Shown: positions 47,180 through 55,404 of the stretch, piece after piece
Numbering within the stretch: the stretch's first letter is position 1
How the letters are laid out: the number at the start of each line of letters is the position of its first letter
Source of the DNA: a virus
Length of the DNA stretch: 64,000 bases
Direction: 5' to 3' (one strand)
Virus record (IMG/VR): IMGVR_UViG_3300044617_002200
Coordinates: 1 to 64,000 of that record
Translations under genes and position numbers: made by a program
Notes under the pieces: model-generated
Seen by the model: only the letters and a program-made list of their open reading frames with translations
Database searches by the model: none
What the model was told of the DNA's origin: nothing

Positions 47180-47910
47180 TTAATTTTTAATTTCTCAAAT
47201 TCATCAATAATAAAGCTTAATATTTCAGATCTAACTATATCTGTTTTGTCAAATTCAAAAGTGTAAATACCATTTTTTTTAGCTTCTTCTGTATTAAATA
47301 AAGAGAATATTTTTTCAAATCCACTATTTTTAATATCGGATTGCTTAACATCACCACAAATAAATAAATTAGAAAATTTAGCCATGCGTGTCATAACTAA
47401 TAAAAAATCTTCCACACGGCAATTTTGAGCTTCATCCAGAATAAAACAGGCATTTGATATATTAAGACCTCTTAAAAACCCCAAAGGAACTCCTATAATT
47501 CTATTATCTGACATTAAAGATTTAATTTGATTTTCTGGTATTAATTCATTTAATTTATCAGTTAAAGGCTGGAGATAAGGATTCATTTTTTCCTCCGTAG
47601 ATCCTTTTATATATCCGATACCATGGACAGAAGATTCAACGGGAACACGACTATAATAAATTTCGCTAATTTTTTTATTTTTTATCTTATTTAATGCCGT
47701 ATAAACAGATAATAAAGTTTTTGCAGTTCCAGCGACGCCCTTCACTATAAGAATCTTAACGTCTTTTTTTTCAGCTAGCTCCAAAAATATTTTTTGTTTT
47801 TCTGTCCAAGGTAGTTCTTTTATTTTTAAATCTACAGAGTAAAATTTGTTTCTTTTTTTTTCTGTATATGGAGAAGTATCTTTTTGATTTTCTTTAGTTT
47901 CTTTTTTCAT
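47176..47910 (-). CDS. phoH: PhoH-like ATPase
   Basis: GVAGTAKT, GYIKG, FLRG, ILDEAQN, CGDVKQSD, DIVRS. Confidence 0.93.
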   Translation of the reverse strand: MKKETKENQKDTSPYTEKKRNKFYSVDLKIKELPWTEKQKIFLELAEKKDVKILIVKGVAGTAKTLLSVYTALNKIKNKKISEIYYSRVPVESSVHGIGYIKGSTEEKMNPYLQPLTDKLNELIPENQIKSLMSDNRIIGVPLGFLRGLNISNACFILDEAQNCRVEDFLLVMTRMAKFSNLFICGDVKQSDIKNSGFEKIFSLFNTEEAKKNGIYTFEFDKTDIVRSEILSFIIDEFEKLKIN

Positions 47911-47927
47911 GCAAACTATAAATATAA

Positions 47928-47933
47928 TTACAC
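47928..47933 (-). promoter_or_regulatory. GTGTAA putative late promoter
   Basis: 17 nt upstream of ATG 47910. Confidence 0.6.
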
Positions 47934-47982
47934 TGGTATTTTTTATTGAACATATTTAGTATTAAATAGTCTAATAGAGTCT

Positions 47983-48399
47983 ATGAATATAAATACTACA
48001 CTTATTCCTAAATCTTATATCAGCGGTAATAATTCTTGGGACATTATAGATAGGTTAACAAATGCCTTCCCAAAATGGGATTCAATGTTTGATTTAATAG
48101 CTAGCCCTACCTATAGTTTTTCAGAAGCTTTCGGTTTTACCGAAAATCCAAAAATAAAAAATCAATTTAATTTAGAAATCGAAATACCTCGATTTAGAAA
48201 AGAAAATATCAAAATAACAACAGAAAATAATAAACTTTTTATAAATGCTGAACAAGATGGGCTTAAATTTTATCACTCTATTAATATCCCAGATCATTTA
48301 GATCAAGAGTCTATTGAAGCAGAATTAGATCATGGTGTTTTGACTATAAAAGCAGACAAAATTCAAAAATTCAGAAGTAAAAAAGTCAATATTAAATAA
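47983..48399 (+). CDS. Small heat-shock protein (Hsp20/alpha-crystallin)
   Basis: EIPRFRKENIKI...IEAELDHGVLTI. Confidence 0.88.
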   Translation: MNINTTLIPKSYISGNNSWDIIDRLTNAFPKWDSMFDLIASPTYSFSEAFGFTENPKIKNQFNLEIEIPRFRKENIKITTENNKLFINAEQDGLKFYHSINIPDHLDQESIEAELDHGVLTIKADKIQKFRSKKVNIK

Positions 48400-48418
48400 G
48401 TAAAAAAATAAATTAATA

Positions 48419-48458
48419 AAAAAACGCGCTTATCCTTAATAGAGGTAAGCGCGTTTTT
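48419..48458. terminator. Bidirectional terminator between convergent hsp20 and phoD
   Basis: AAAACGCGCTTA...TAAGCGCGTTTT inverted repeat with A- and T-runs on both sides. Confidence 0.85.
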
Positions 48459-49887
48459 ACTTATATAAAAATGACAGAGGGTTAACAAATAAATTTTGTT
48501 TATTATGACAAACGTTTATAAAAGATACAATACTACCACATAAAATTTGCTGATCAGCACCTTCTGAAGAACCCGAGGAACTTGACGAACTTGACGAACT
48601 TGACGAACTTGACGAACTTGACGATATAGGAATACCAGCAATTAAATCAAAACTAACATCTATTGCAATAGATTCTGTAAAATCTATTTTACTAACAACT
48701 ATACCTTTAAAATTAATATTTATACTAGTATTGCCCGTATCGTTTATTTCTATTACGCCATATTGTGTAACCCATCCAGTTCCAGAATCATTTGTTATCG
48801 GACCTAATGTGTATGGACCACCTTTAGGGCGAGCTTGTTGATCTAAAGCTGCGGCATGACATACTTTTAAAGAACCATAATTGTTAATACTAGATCCATC
48901 ATCAAAAGCCAGAGCATGCATGTCTCCTGATAAAATAACTATTCTATCACGTAAATTATTTTGATTGATGAAATCTACTATCTCTAGCCTCGCTGCATGA
49001 TATCCACCCCAATCATCTTTCCCGTCTCCTGTTGAAGAAATCCAAGGCTTGGTATTTACCCAAACAATTATTTGAGAATTATTTTTAGCCGCCAGCATTT
49101 CTGAAAAAAACCAAGATTTTTGATCTGGAGATAATACTTGCTGTCGAGAATCTGTAGATGGATAGGTACCTTTTTCTTCACGTTCACTTCTAATATCTGT
49201 AACTATAAACCTTGCACGACCTCTAACAAAACTATAATATGGGGAATCTGTATTTCCATTCTTAGCTAGTATCGATGAATATGGAACCCTTCGTCTATAT
49301 GCAGCTATAGCTGCATTTCGTGAAGGATTTAATTTACTGCCATCATTGGGACCATAATCATGATCATCCCACATATAATACATTGGGAGATTTTTCCAAC
49401 AATTATTTTGACGAGGAGCATTAAATACCCCGTCATAAGATTGATGAAAAAGGGCTTCATTATTTGTACTTATATCGCTATAATGCATGTCCCCCAAATG
49501 CAAAAATAAATCAATTTCATTATTAATAGCTTTTTGGGCTATTCTATCGTATATAATTTGATTTGAAGCGGTTACCCCCGGACCTGGGACAGAAGAAGAA
49601 AAAGAACACGAAGCAAATCCTAATTTAAAACTATAAACACCACTCACCGGGGTTTTAAAACTTCCTACATAATTATCGATAGGCACTCCATTACTATAAC
49701 AAATTCTAACATAATATTTAGTATTTGGTAATAAGTTTGAAATTTGAAATTTAGCTAAATTAAAATTATCAACTGACGCAGCAGAACTCGTTAAATTTAT
49801 TATTGAAAAATTATTAAAAATAGAGCATTGGGCAATATAAAAATTATCACTTGCATTTAAAATTTTAGCCGTAATATTTATTGTCAT
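48457..49887 (-). CDS. phoD: PhoD-like alkaline phosphatase with poly-Ser tail
   Basis: FN3-like LLPNTKYY; FASC, LGDMHYSD, WDDHD, DDW, LSGDMH. Confidence 0.85.
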   Translation of the reverse strand: MTINITAKILNASDNFYIAQCSIFNNFSIINLTSSAASVDNFNLAKFQISNLLPNTKYYVRICYSNGVPIDNYVGSFKTPVSGVYSFKLGFASCSFSSSVPGPGVTASNQIIYDRIAQKAINNEIDLFLHLGDMHYSDISTNNEALFHQSYDGVFNAPRQNNCWKNLPMYYMWDDHDYGPNDGSKLNPSRNAAIAAYRRRVPYSSILAKNGNTDSPYYSFVRGRARFIVTDIRSEREEKGTYPSTDSRQQVLSPDQKSWFFSEMLAAKNNSQIIVWVNTKPWISSTGDGKDDWGGYHAARLEIVDFINQNNLRDRIVILSGDMHALAFDDGSSINNYGSLKVCHAAALDQQARPKGGPYTLGPITNDSGTGWVTQYGVIEINDTGNTSININFKGIVVSKIDFTESIAIDVSFDLIAGIPISSSSSSSSSSSSSSSSSGSSEGADQQILCGSIVSFINVCHNKQNLFVNPLSFLYK

Positions 49888-49892
49888 AAGAT

Positions 49893-51467
49893 TTATCCTA
49901 TCCAGAGCGATTGAGTTTGAGGTAATTGTAATAAAGATGAAGAGCTACCGCTTGTTGAAGAACTGTCTGTTACAGAACTAACGCTAGAAGAAGAACTACT
50001 TTTCGAAGAAGAAGAAGAACTACTTCTCGAAGAAGAGGAAGAACTTCTCGAAGAAGAGGAAGAACTTCTCCTCAAAGGTTGTTCGGAAGACGAGCTTGAA
50101 GATTCATCGCCAGGAAGATCTCCTCCTGATCCTGAAGAACCATCGAAAAAAGAACTAGACGAAGAACTAGACGAAGAACTAGACGAAGAACTAGACGAAG
50201 AACGAGACGAAGAACGAGACGAAGAACTAGACGAAGAACGAGACGAAGAACTAGATAAAGAGCGAGAAGAAGATCCAAGAAAAGATATCGACGATGGAGC
50301 GTTAGAATCTCCGTCACCTCCTAATATTTCTGGTGTCACGCAATCTCCACCACAACCAGATTCTGTTTGTAATATCCAAGCAGTTCCAGGGTTATTTGTT
50401 TGAACTTCTATTTGAAGTTGTCTTATATTAGCAGGAACTTCAATGCATCCAGTAACAGGAGTACCATTAGTAGAAATAAAACCCGTATCTCCTAAAAAAG
50501 AAAGAGAAGACGCTGTTGAAGTTGAAGATGAACCAGCGCAAATACAATTTAACGCTTGGGGATCATCACTTTCAGTACCGACAATTAATAATCTATCCGG
50601 AACAGAAAAAGTCTCAAAGTTTACTTTTATCCATCTTTTCGGGCAACCTTCGCTTTGATTTTTTTGGTTATTAGGAACACCATTTGTAGGAGGATCAAAA
50701 GCTTGATTCAGATTAATGGGTATTCTTGTGTGTTCTTCTTCGAGATCAATCCCTAAAAAATTTAAATCTTCTATTATTAAATCATCTAATAATGATAATA
50801 TTTGTTCTTGGGAAAAAGTACTATTCCCGATTCCAGAAGAGCTTGAATTATTATTGTTTGAGGAGCTACTCCCTCCACTTGAAGAGCTACTGCTTGAAGA
50901 GCTACTGCTTGAAGAGCTACTGCTTGAAGAGCTACTGCTTGAAGAGCTACTGCTTGAAGAATCTGAAAAGCTACTGCTTGAAGAAGAACCTCTGCCACTA
51001 CTCGAAGACGAACGAGAAGAAGAAGATGACGAACGAGAAGAAGAAGATGACGAACGAGAAGAAGAAGATGACGAACGAGATGATGATGATGATGAACGAG
51101 AAGAAGAAGAAGAAGAAGACGAAGAACTAGAAGAAGATGAGCATATATAACAATAAATTTCACAGAGACCCTCTACACCGCCACTAGTTTCTATAGGAGG
51201 AGGTAGAGCATTACAGTCTGGACATCCACTACTACTACTACTACTACTATTAGGACATGAAAAAATAGGTATACACGGAGGCGGGCAAGGAGTTTGTGAC
51301 TGAACAACTAGGTTAGGAGGAGTATTTAAAAAAGATCCTGCCGCTGAATTATAATCTGGGTCTGCAAAAATTCTATTCAAGAAAGAACGCTTTGCGAATT
51401 CATACTTGGTCGGAAGATTATATACGAAGTCAAGAGCTTCGTCTCTAGTTTGGAATTTATCGAACAT
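49893..51467 (-). CDS. Poly-Ser, Cys-containing protein (probably virion associated)
   Basis: Two long Ser tracts flank a folded segment (FETFSVPD...DTGF...GTAW); own GTGTAA motif. Confidence 0.75.
   Translation of the reverse strand: MFDKFQTRDEALDFVYNLPTKYEFAKRSFLNRIFADPDYNSAAGSFLNTPPNLVVQSQTPCPPPCIPIFSCPNSSSSSSSGCPDCNALPPPIETSGGVEGLCEIYCYICSSSSSSSSSSSSSSRSSSSSSRSSSSSSRSSSSSSRSSSSSSRSSSSSGRGSSSSSSFSDSSSSSSSSSSSSSSSSSSSSSSSSSSSSGGSSSSNNNNSSSSGIGNSTFSQEQILSLLDDLIIEDLNFLGIDLEEEHTRIPINLNQAFDPPTNGVPNNQKNQSEGCPKRWIKVNFETFSVPDRLLIVGTESDDPQALNCICAGSSSTSTASSLSFLGDTGFISTNGTPVTGCIEVPANIRQLQIEVQTNNPGTAWILQTESGCGGDCVTPEILGGDGDSNAPSSISFLGSSSRSLSSSSSRSSSSSSSRSSSRSSSSSSSSSSSSSSSSSFFDGSSGSGGDLPGDESSSSSSEQPLRRSSSSSSRSSSSSSRSSSSSSSKSSSSSSVSSVTDSSSTSGSSSSLLQLPQTQSLWIG
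50152..50255. repeat. 12-bp tandem repeat (GAACTAGACGAA and variants) encoding poly-Ser
   Basis: Directly visible tandem units. Confidence 0.9.
50881..51140. repeat. 15-bp (GAAGAGCTACTGCTT x5) and 21-bp tandem repeats encoding poly-Ser and S6R
   Basis: 15-mer at 50881-50955; 21-mer GACGAACGAGAAGAAGAAGAT from 51007. Confidence 0.9.
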
Positions 51468-51478
51468 TTTTCATGTAT

Positions 51479-51484
51479 TTACAC
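51479..51484 (-). promoter_or_regulatory. GTGTAA putative late promoter
   Basis: 11 nt upstream of ATG 51467. Confidence 0.65.
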
Positions 51485-51553
51485 TTTTTTTGGCTAGTTT
51501 AAAGTTATTTTATTTTTTTATAAAAAAACTGCATTCATACTATAATATAGTAA

Positions 51554-52600
51554 ATGTTAACAAATTTATATTTTTTCCATTGGCCTTCCGATTTAGGTGG
51601 AGCAGACACAAGATTAAAAGAATTAATTCAATTATTTAGCTCTAATAAAAACTATAAATTGTACTGCATCCCAAATGACAATTTTAGATTGAAAGAACAA
51701 CATCATGTTGATTTTTTAAAAAAAAATAATGTAGAAATTTTAACTTGGGAAAGTCTGCCCGAAAAAACACATGGCTATGCTATAGCATTTTGTAATTTTC
51801 GAATCTTTACAGAAAAATGGAGATTAGAAAAAATTAAGAGTATAGGTTTAAAATTTCTTTGGTCGAATGATATGATGTGGGTGACTAACGAAGAATTAGC
51901 AGTAATTGAAAATAATCTTGTAGATGCCCATTTATATACAAGTCAATTTCACCAATTCACTCTAGAAAAAAAATACCCTAAACTAAAGGATGTTAAAAAT
52001 AGTTTCATAATACCAAACTACTTTCATCTTGAAAATTATAAAACAAAAAAAATAAAAAAGAAATATCCTAATAAATTTGTAGTAGGAAAGTTAAGCAGAG
52101 CCGATTTTGGTAAATTTAGCGAAAATTTCCCGCTTTTCTATGAAAAAATGCCTATAAAAAACCCATTATTTAGAGTAATGGGTGTCGATAAAAAAATACT
52201 CGAAAAATATTCTTGGCATTCTTTTGAAAATCAAAAATGGGAATTACTTCCAGAAAATTCTGAAAATTCTATAGATTTTTTATCTCAATTAGATCTTTAT
52301 GTATTTAATGCTAATCATAATTATACAGAAAATCAAACACGTGCAATGGTAGAGGCGCTATTATGCGGCGTTCCCGCTATCGCTCCTAATTATGGAAATT
52401 TTCCAAATATAATTTGGCACGGCAAAAATGGTTTTATATATGATTCTATAGAGGAATGTTACGAATATATTAAACTCTTGTCTTCTAATAAAGCTTTATT
52501 AAAATTTATGAAAACAAACAGTGAAATTTTCGCCAAACAAATTTGGTGCAACAAAGAATTACAAACATTGGAGTGGGAATCTATTTTTAAAAATTTATGA
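51554..52600 (+). CDS. Glycosyltransferase, GT-B (GT4-like)
   Basis: N-terminal GGAD; VGKLSR; ENQTRAMVEALLCGVPAIA...IIWHGKNGF. Confidence 0.85.
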   Translation: MLTNLYFFHWPSDLGGADTRLKELIQLFSSNKNYKLYCIPNDNFRLKEQHHVDFLKKNNVEILTWESLPEKTHGYAIAFCNFRIFTEKWRLEKIKSIGLKFLWSNDMMWVTNEELAVIENNLVDAHLYTSQFHQFTLEKKYPKLKDVKNSFIIPNYFHLENYKTKKIKKKYPNKFVVGKLSRADFGKFSENFPLFYEKMPIKNPLFRVMGVDKKILEKYSWHSFENQKWELLPENSENSIDFLSQLDLYVFNANHNYTENQTRAMVEALLCGVPAIAPNYGNFPNIIWHGKNGFIYDSIEECYEYIKLLSSNKALLKFMKTNSEIFAKQIWCNKELQTLEWESIFKNL

Positions 52601-53388
52601 AAAAATATTGTTATTGGTCAATAGCTTGGGGAGATTATAGCTATATGCTACAATCTTTAGTTAATTCAGCCAGAAGCGTAGGAGTAGAAGAAGATTTTAT
52701 AACTTTCAGTGATATACCAATATCTAATTCTATAAATTACGAACTAGATAAAAATATTGAACTAGATCAACTTCAGTTTTTTAAATTTGAATATTTAGTA
52801 AAAAAAATGAAAGAAATGGACTATGAATATTTTATATTTATAGATGCAGATCATTTCTTTTTAAGAAAACCCGAAATGGATTTAAATGAAATAATGCGCA
52901 ATTCTCCATGGCATTCTTTTCTAGAAAGTCCTATTAATGGCATTAAAACGCAAAGAAAAGATTGGTGGAGCGTACAGAATAAAATAATGGTTCAGTACAT
53001 GAAATTAATGGGAGTACAATGCGAAGAAATGCGGAATACAAACGGCGGTTTTTGGATTTGTCATAAAAATTTTTGCCAGCAAGCGCATACTCTTGCTTAC
53101 GAATTTCATAATAAATTAAAAAACATGGGGCTTATTGTTCCAGAAGAAGTTTCGATTGGTTATCTTTCTCATTTAATGAGTCCCAATGTATCAGATCGTT
53201 TCGCAGAACGGTTTACAAAATACTGGGCAAGCGATTGGACTGGGATTTTTCAAGATAAACTTCCTGAAGATATAGAGTGGGAAAGCACTTCTTATATGAC
53301 TTTTGAAAAAATACCGGTTCAACCAGCAATCATTCATGCGATGAGAAGTAAAAAAGCTTTAATAGATAAAAGTAAAATTACTCAATAA
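52597..53388 (+). CDS. Glycosyltransferase, GT-A fold
   Basis: FIFIDAD DxD motif, NGGF, EE, IIH. Confidence 0.7.
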   Translation: MKKYCYWSIAWGDYSYMLQSLVNSARSVGVEEDFITFSDIPISNSINYELDKNIELDQLQFFKFEYLVKKMKEMDYEYFIFIDADHFFLRKPEMDLNEIMRNSPWHSFLESPINGIKTQRKDWWSVQNKIMVQYMKLMGVQCEEMRNTNGGFWICHKNFCQQAHTLAYEFHNKLKNMGLIVPEEVSIGYLSHLMSPNVSDRFAERFTKYWASDWTGIFQDKLPEDIEWESTSYMTFEKIPVQPAIIHAMRSKKALIDKSKITQ

Positions 53389-53754
53389 TTATAAATTATC
53401 ATCGGCCCACTTCTTAAGGAATGACCTGCTATCATAGCCCGACTGTACAGTAGTAAATAAAGAAACTCCGTTACCTCCTAGAAGAGGTTCTCCGCTATCA
53501 TCTAAAATTGATTGGTTAGATGTAATATATGTATTTTCGCCACTAATAAAAGGTTGAATTATTTCTGATATTTCTTCTTTTCTATTCAGTCTTAAAAGAG
53601 CTTCTGCTTTAATAAAGGCTTCAACTTCTTCAATCGAATATTCAGAAAAAAGCATATTCCAAAAATTAACTTTTTCTCCTTCATATTCTGCAACTGAATG
53701 AGTTTTATTTTTTTCATCTATAAATAAATAGTTTATCATAATTATTCCTCCCAA
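53389..53754 (-). CDS. Hypothetical protein (fibre-associated)
   Basis: Small acidic ORF following a fibre-like gene; true start may be a downstream Met. Confidence 0.6.
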   Translation of the reverse strand: MGGIIMINYLFIDEKNKTHSVAEYEGEKVNFWNMLFSEYSIEEVEAFIKAEALLRLNRKEEISEIIQPFISGENTYITSNQSILDDSGEPLLGGNGVSLFTTVQSGYDSRSFLKKWADDNL

Positions 53755-55400
53755 AGCGAAACATTCCAGTTTGTATCAATTACCCCTCCTCCACATTGGT
53801 TCACAACTCGAATCGAACCGCCTGTTGTATTAGAAAGAATACCATTCGGAAATTGCAAAGTATGTGGCTGACCACTTTTTAACCGAGTTTTTAATATCTC
53901 TAAACTAAAAGTTCCTGCTTGATTAAAATATTGAAAAATAAATTGACCGAACAAATCTACAGCAGTACTTCCCTGATACATCCATGAGAATATTATTTGG
54001 TTCAAACGGATTCGGCGAAAACTAGCAGAGCTAGTATAGATTGTTGCTATAGAATTATTAGCTAAAGAATTCCACTCTCCGGCTAGAGAAATATCCGGCA
54101 ATCTTGAGTCAACATAAGTCTCGGAGCTTAAACGATTAACATTTATATTTTTAACAACAAGGCCTACATCAGTACTAAGCATCCCGTCATTTAAATTTCT
54201 TAAAGCAGCACTTAATAATCTACCATTATTTTGAATAACGACCCCAAGAGCAGAATTAGTAGCTGATTGTACAATCAAAGGATTCGAATCGCTTATAGGA
54301 TTATTATTCCTTATAATTTCCGCTTGTGTTTTAAGATTTGATGCTGTAGACTGAGTCGCTATAAGCATACCAGTAACAGGTATATCACTTGCGCGAAGCT
54401 GTTGATTTGTTATCGGGCCACTTACAGGCTGTGTTGCCTGCCAAAAAACGCCTGAAACCCCAATAGGAGTATCTCTGAGTTGTGTATTAGTAAGCGGGCC
54501 AGTAACAGCTTGAGATAAAGGGAAAACTACATCAGCATTAACGGATCCTGTAACTATAACCGGATTTGAGTTTGGACTTAAAGCAACAACTAATGATCTA
54601 TCCGAAGCTTGAGCATTTTGCCCCGATGGTTTTACAGATACTTCGATACCATCTCTATCAACCAGTTGTATTTTTTTTGGTAATGTAGGACTAATATTTG
54701 CACCATACACTTGTAAACTAGCAGAACCAGAACCATTACCTACAAGCCTAAGGGATCCGCGTTTTGCTTTAATTAAAATCCATAAAGGGTCCGCATCAGA
54801 ACCAAATACAATATTTCCATTTAGTTCGGGATACTTTTCTCCATTAATCCAATATTCTGTTTCTGAATAATTTGATGAAAAATCAGAAGGATTAGCTGAC
54901 CATTGAATTTGTAAAGAGTAAGCTTCTTGAATGCTGCTAGAAGCCTTTAAAGCAACCCATTCATATTCAAAAGAAGAAACCGAAACAGCTGTAGAGGATT
55001 GGTTCCCAAGCGTAGAAAGCGTTCCTAATAAATTTCCTATTTGAATATCTGACGAGAATGTTTTTATGGAAGCTGCATTAAAACTAGGATGAGTATCAAA
55101 ACTATATTGCTGTATTTGAAATTTATCTCTAAGCGATCTATCATCATAATGTATAGCTAGAATATCAGTAGATTGATGTCCAGCACTAGCGGTATCAAAA
55201 TTTAAAGTAAAAACCGTATTACCACCAGAATAAGATCTGTTACTAACCCCTAACCCAGGCTGAGCTAAATTATAAAGAATTGTATTATCCCTAGTTTTAT
55301 TTATTATTAGAGAAAGACCTTCAGTAGATACGTCCTGACCAACAATCGTAACTGTCTTTAAAGTCGGATTAAAAGTATAATTTGTTGCTATTTGTTTCAT
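53742..55400 (-). CDS. Fibre-like virion structural protein
   Basis: N-terminal YTFNP...LSLIIN...ILYN; repeats VTGPLTNTQLR and VSGPITNQQLR. Confidence 0.6.
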   Translation of the reverse strand: MKQIATNYTFNPTLKTVTIVGQDVSTEGLSLIINKTRDNTILYNLAQPGLGVSNRSYSGGNTVFTLNFDTASAGHQSTDILAIHYDDRSLRDKFQIQQYSFDTHPSFNAASIKTFSSDIQIGNLLGTLSTLGNQSSTAVSVSSFEYEWVALKASSSIQEAYSLQIQWSANPSDFSSNYSETEYWINGEKYPELNGNIVFGSDADPLWILIKAKRGSLRLVGNGSGSASLQVYGANISPTLPKKIQLVDRDGIEVSVKPSGQNAQASDRSLVVALSPNSNPVIVTGSVNADVVFPLSQAVTGPLTNTQLRDTPIGVSGVFWQATQPVSGPITNQQLRASDIPVTGMLIATQSTASNLKTQAEIIRNNNPISDSNPLIVQSATNSALGVVIQNNGRLLSAALRNLNDGMLSTDVGLVVKNINVNRLSSETYVDSRLPDISLAGEWNSLANNSIATIYTSSASFRRIRLNQIIFSWMYQGSTAVDLFGQFIFQYFNQAGTFSLEILKTRLKSGQPHTLQFPNGILSNTTGGSIRVVNQCGGGVIDTNWNVSLWEE

Positions 55401-55404
55401 ATTA

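Noticed and set aside
50072-51163. Alternative-frame ORFs (LRLV repeats, EELLL repeats, KSYCL repeats)
   Set aside because: These are stop-free shadows of poly-Ser DNA repeats; only 49893..51467 has the promoter motif and fits the operon.
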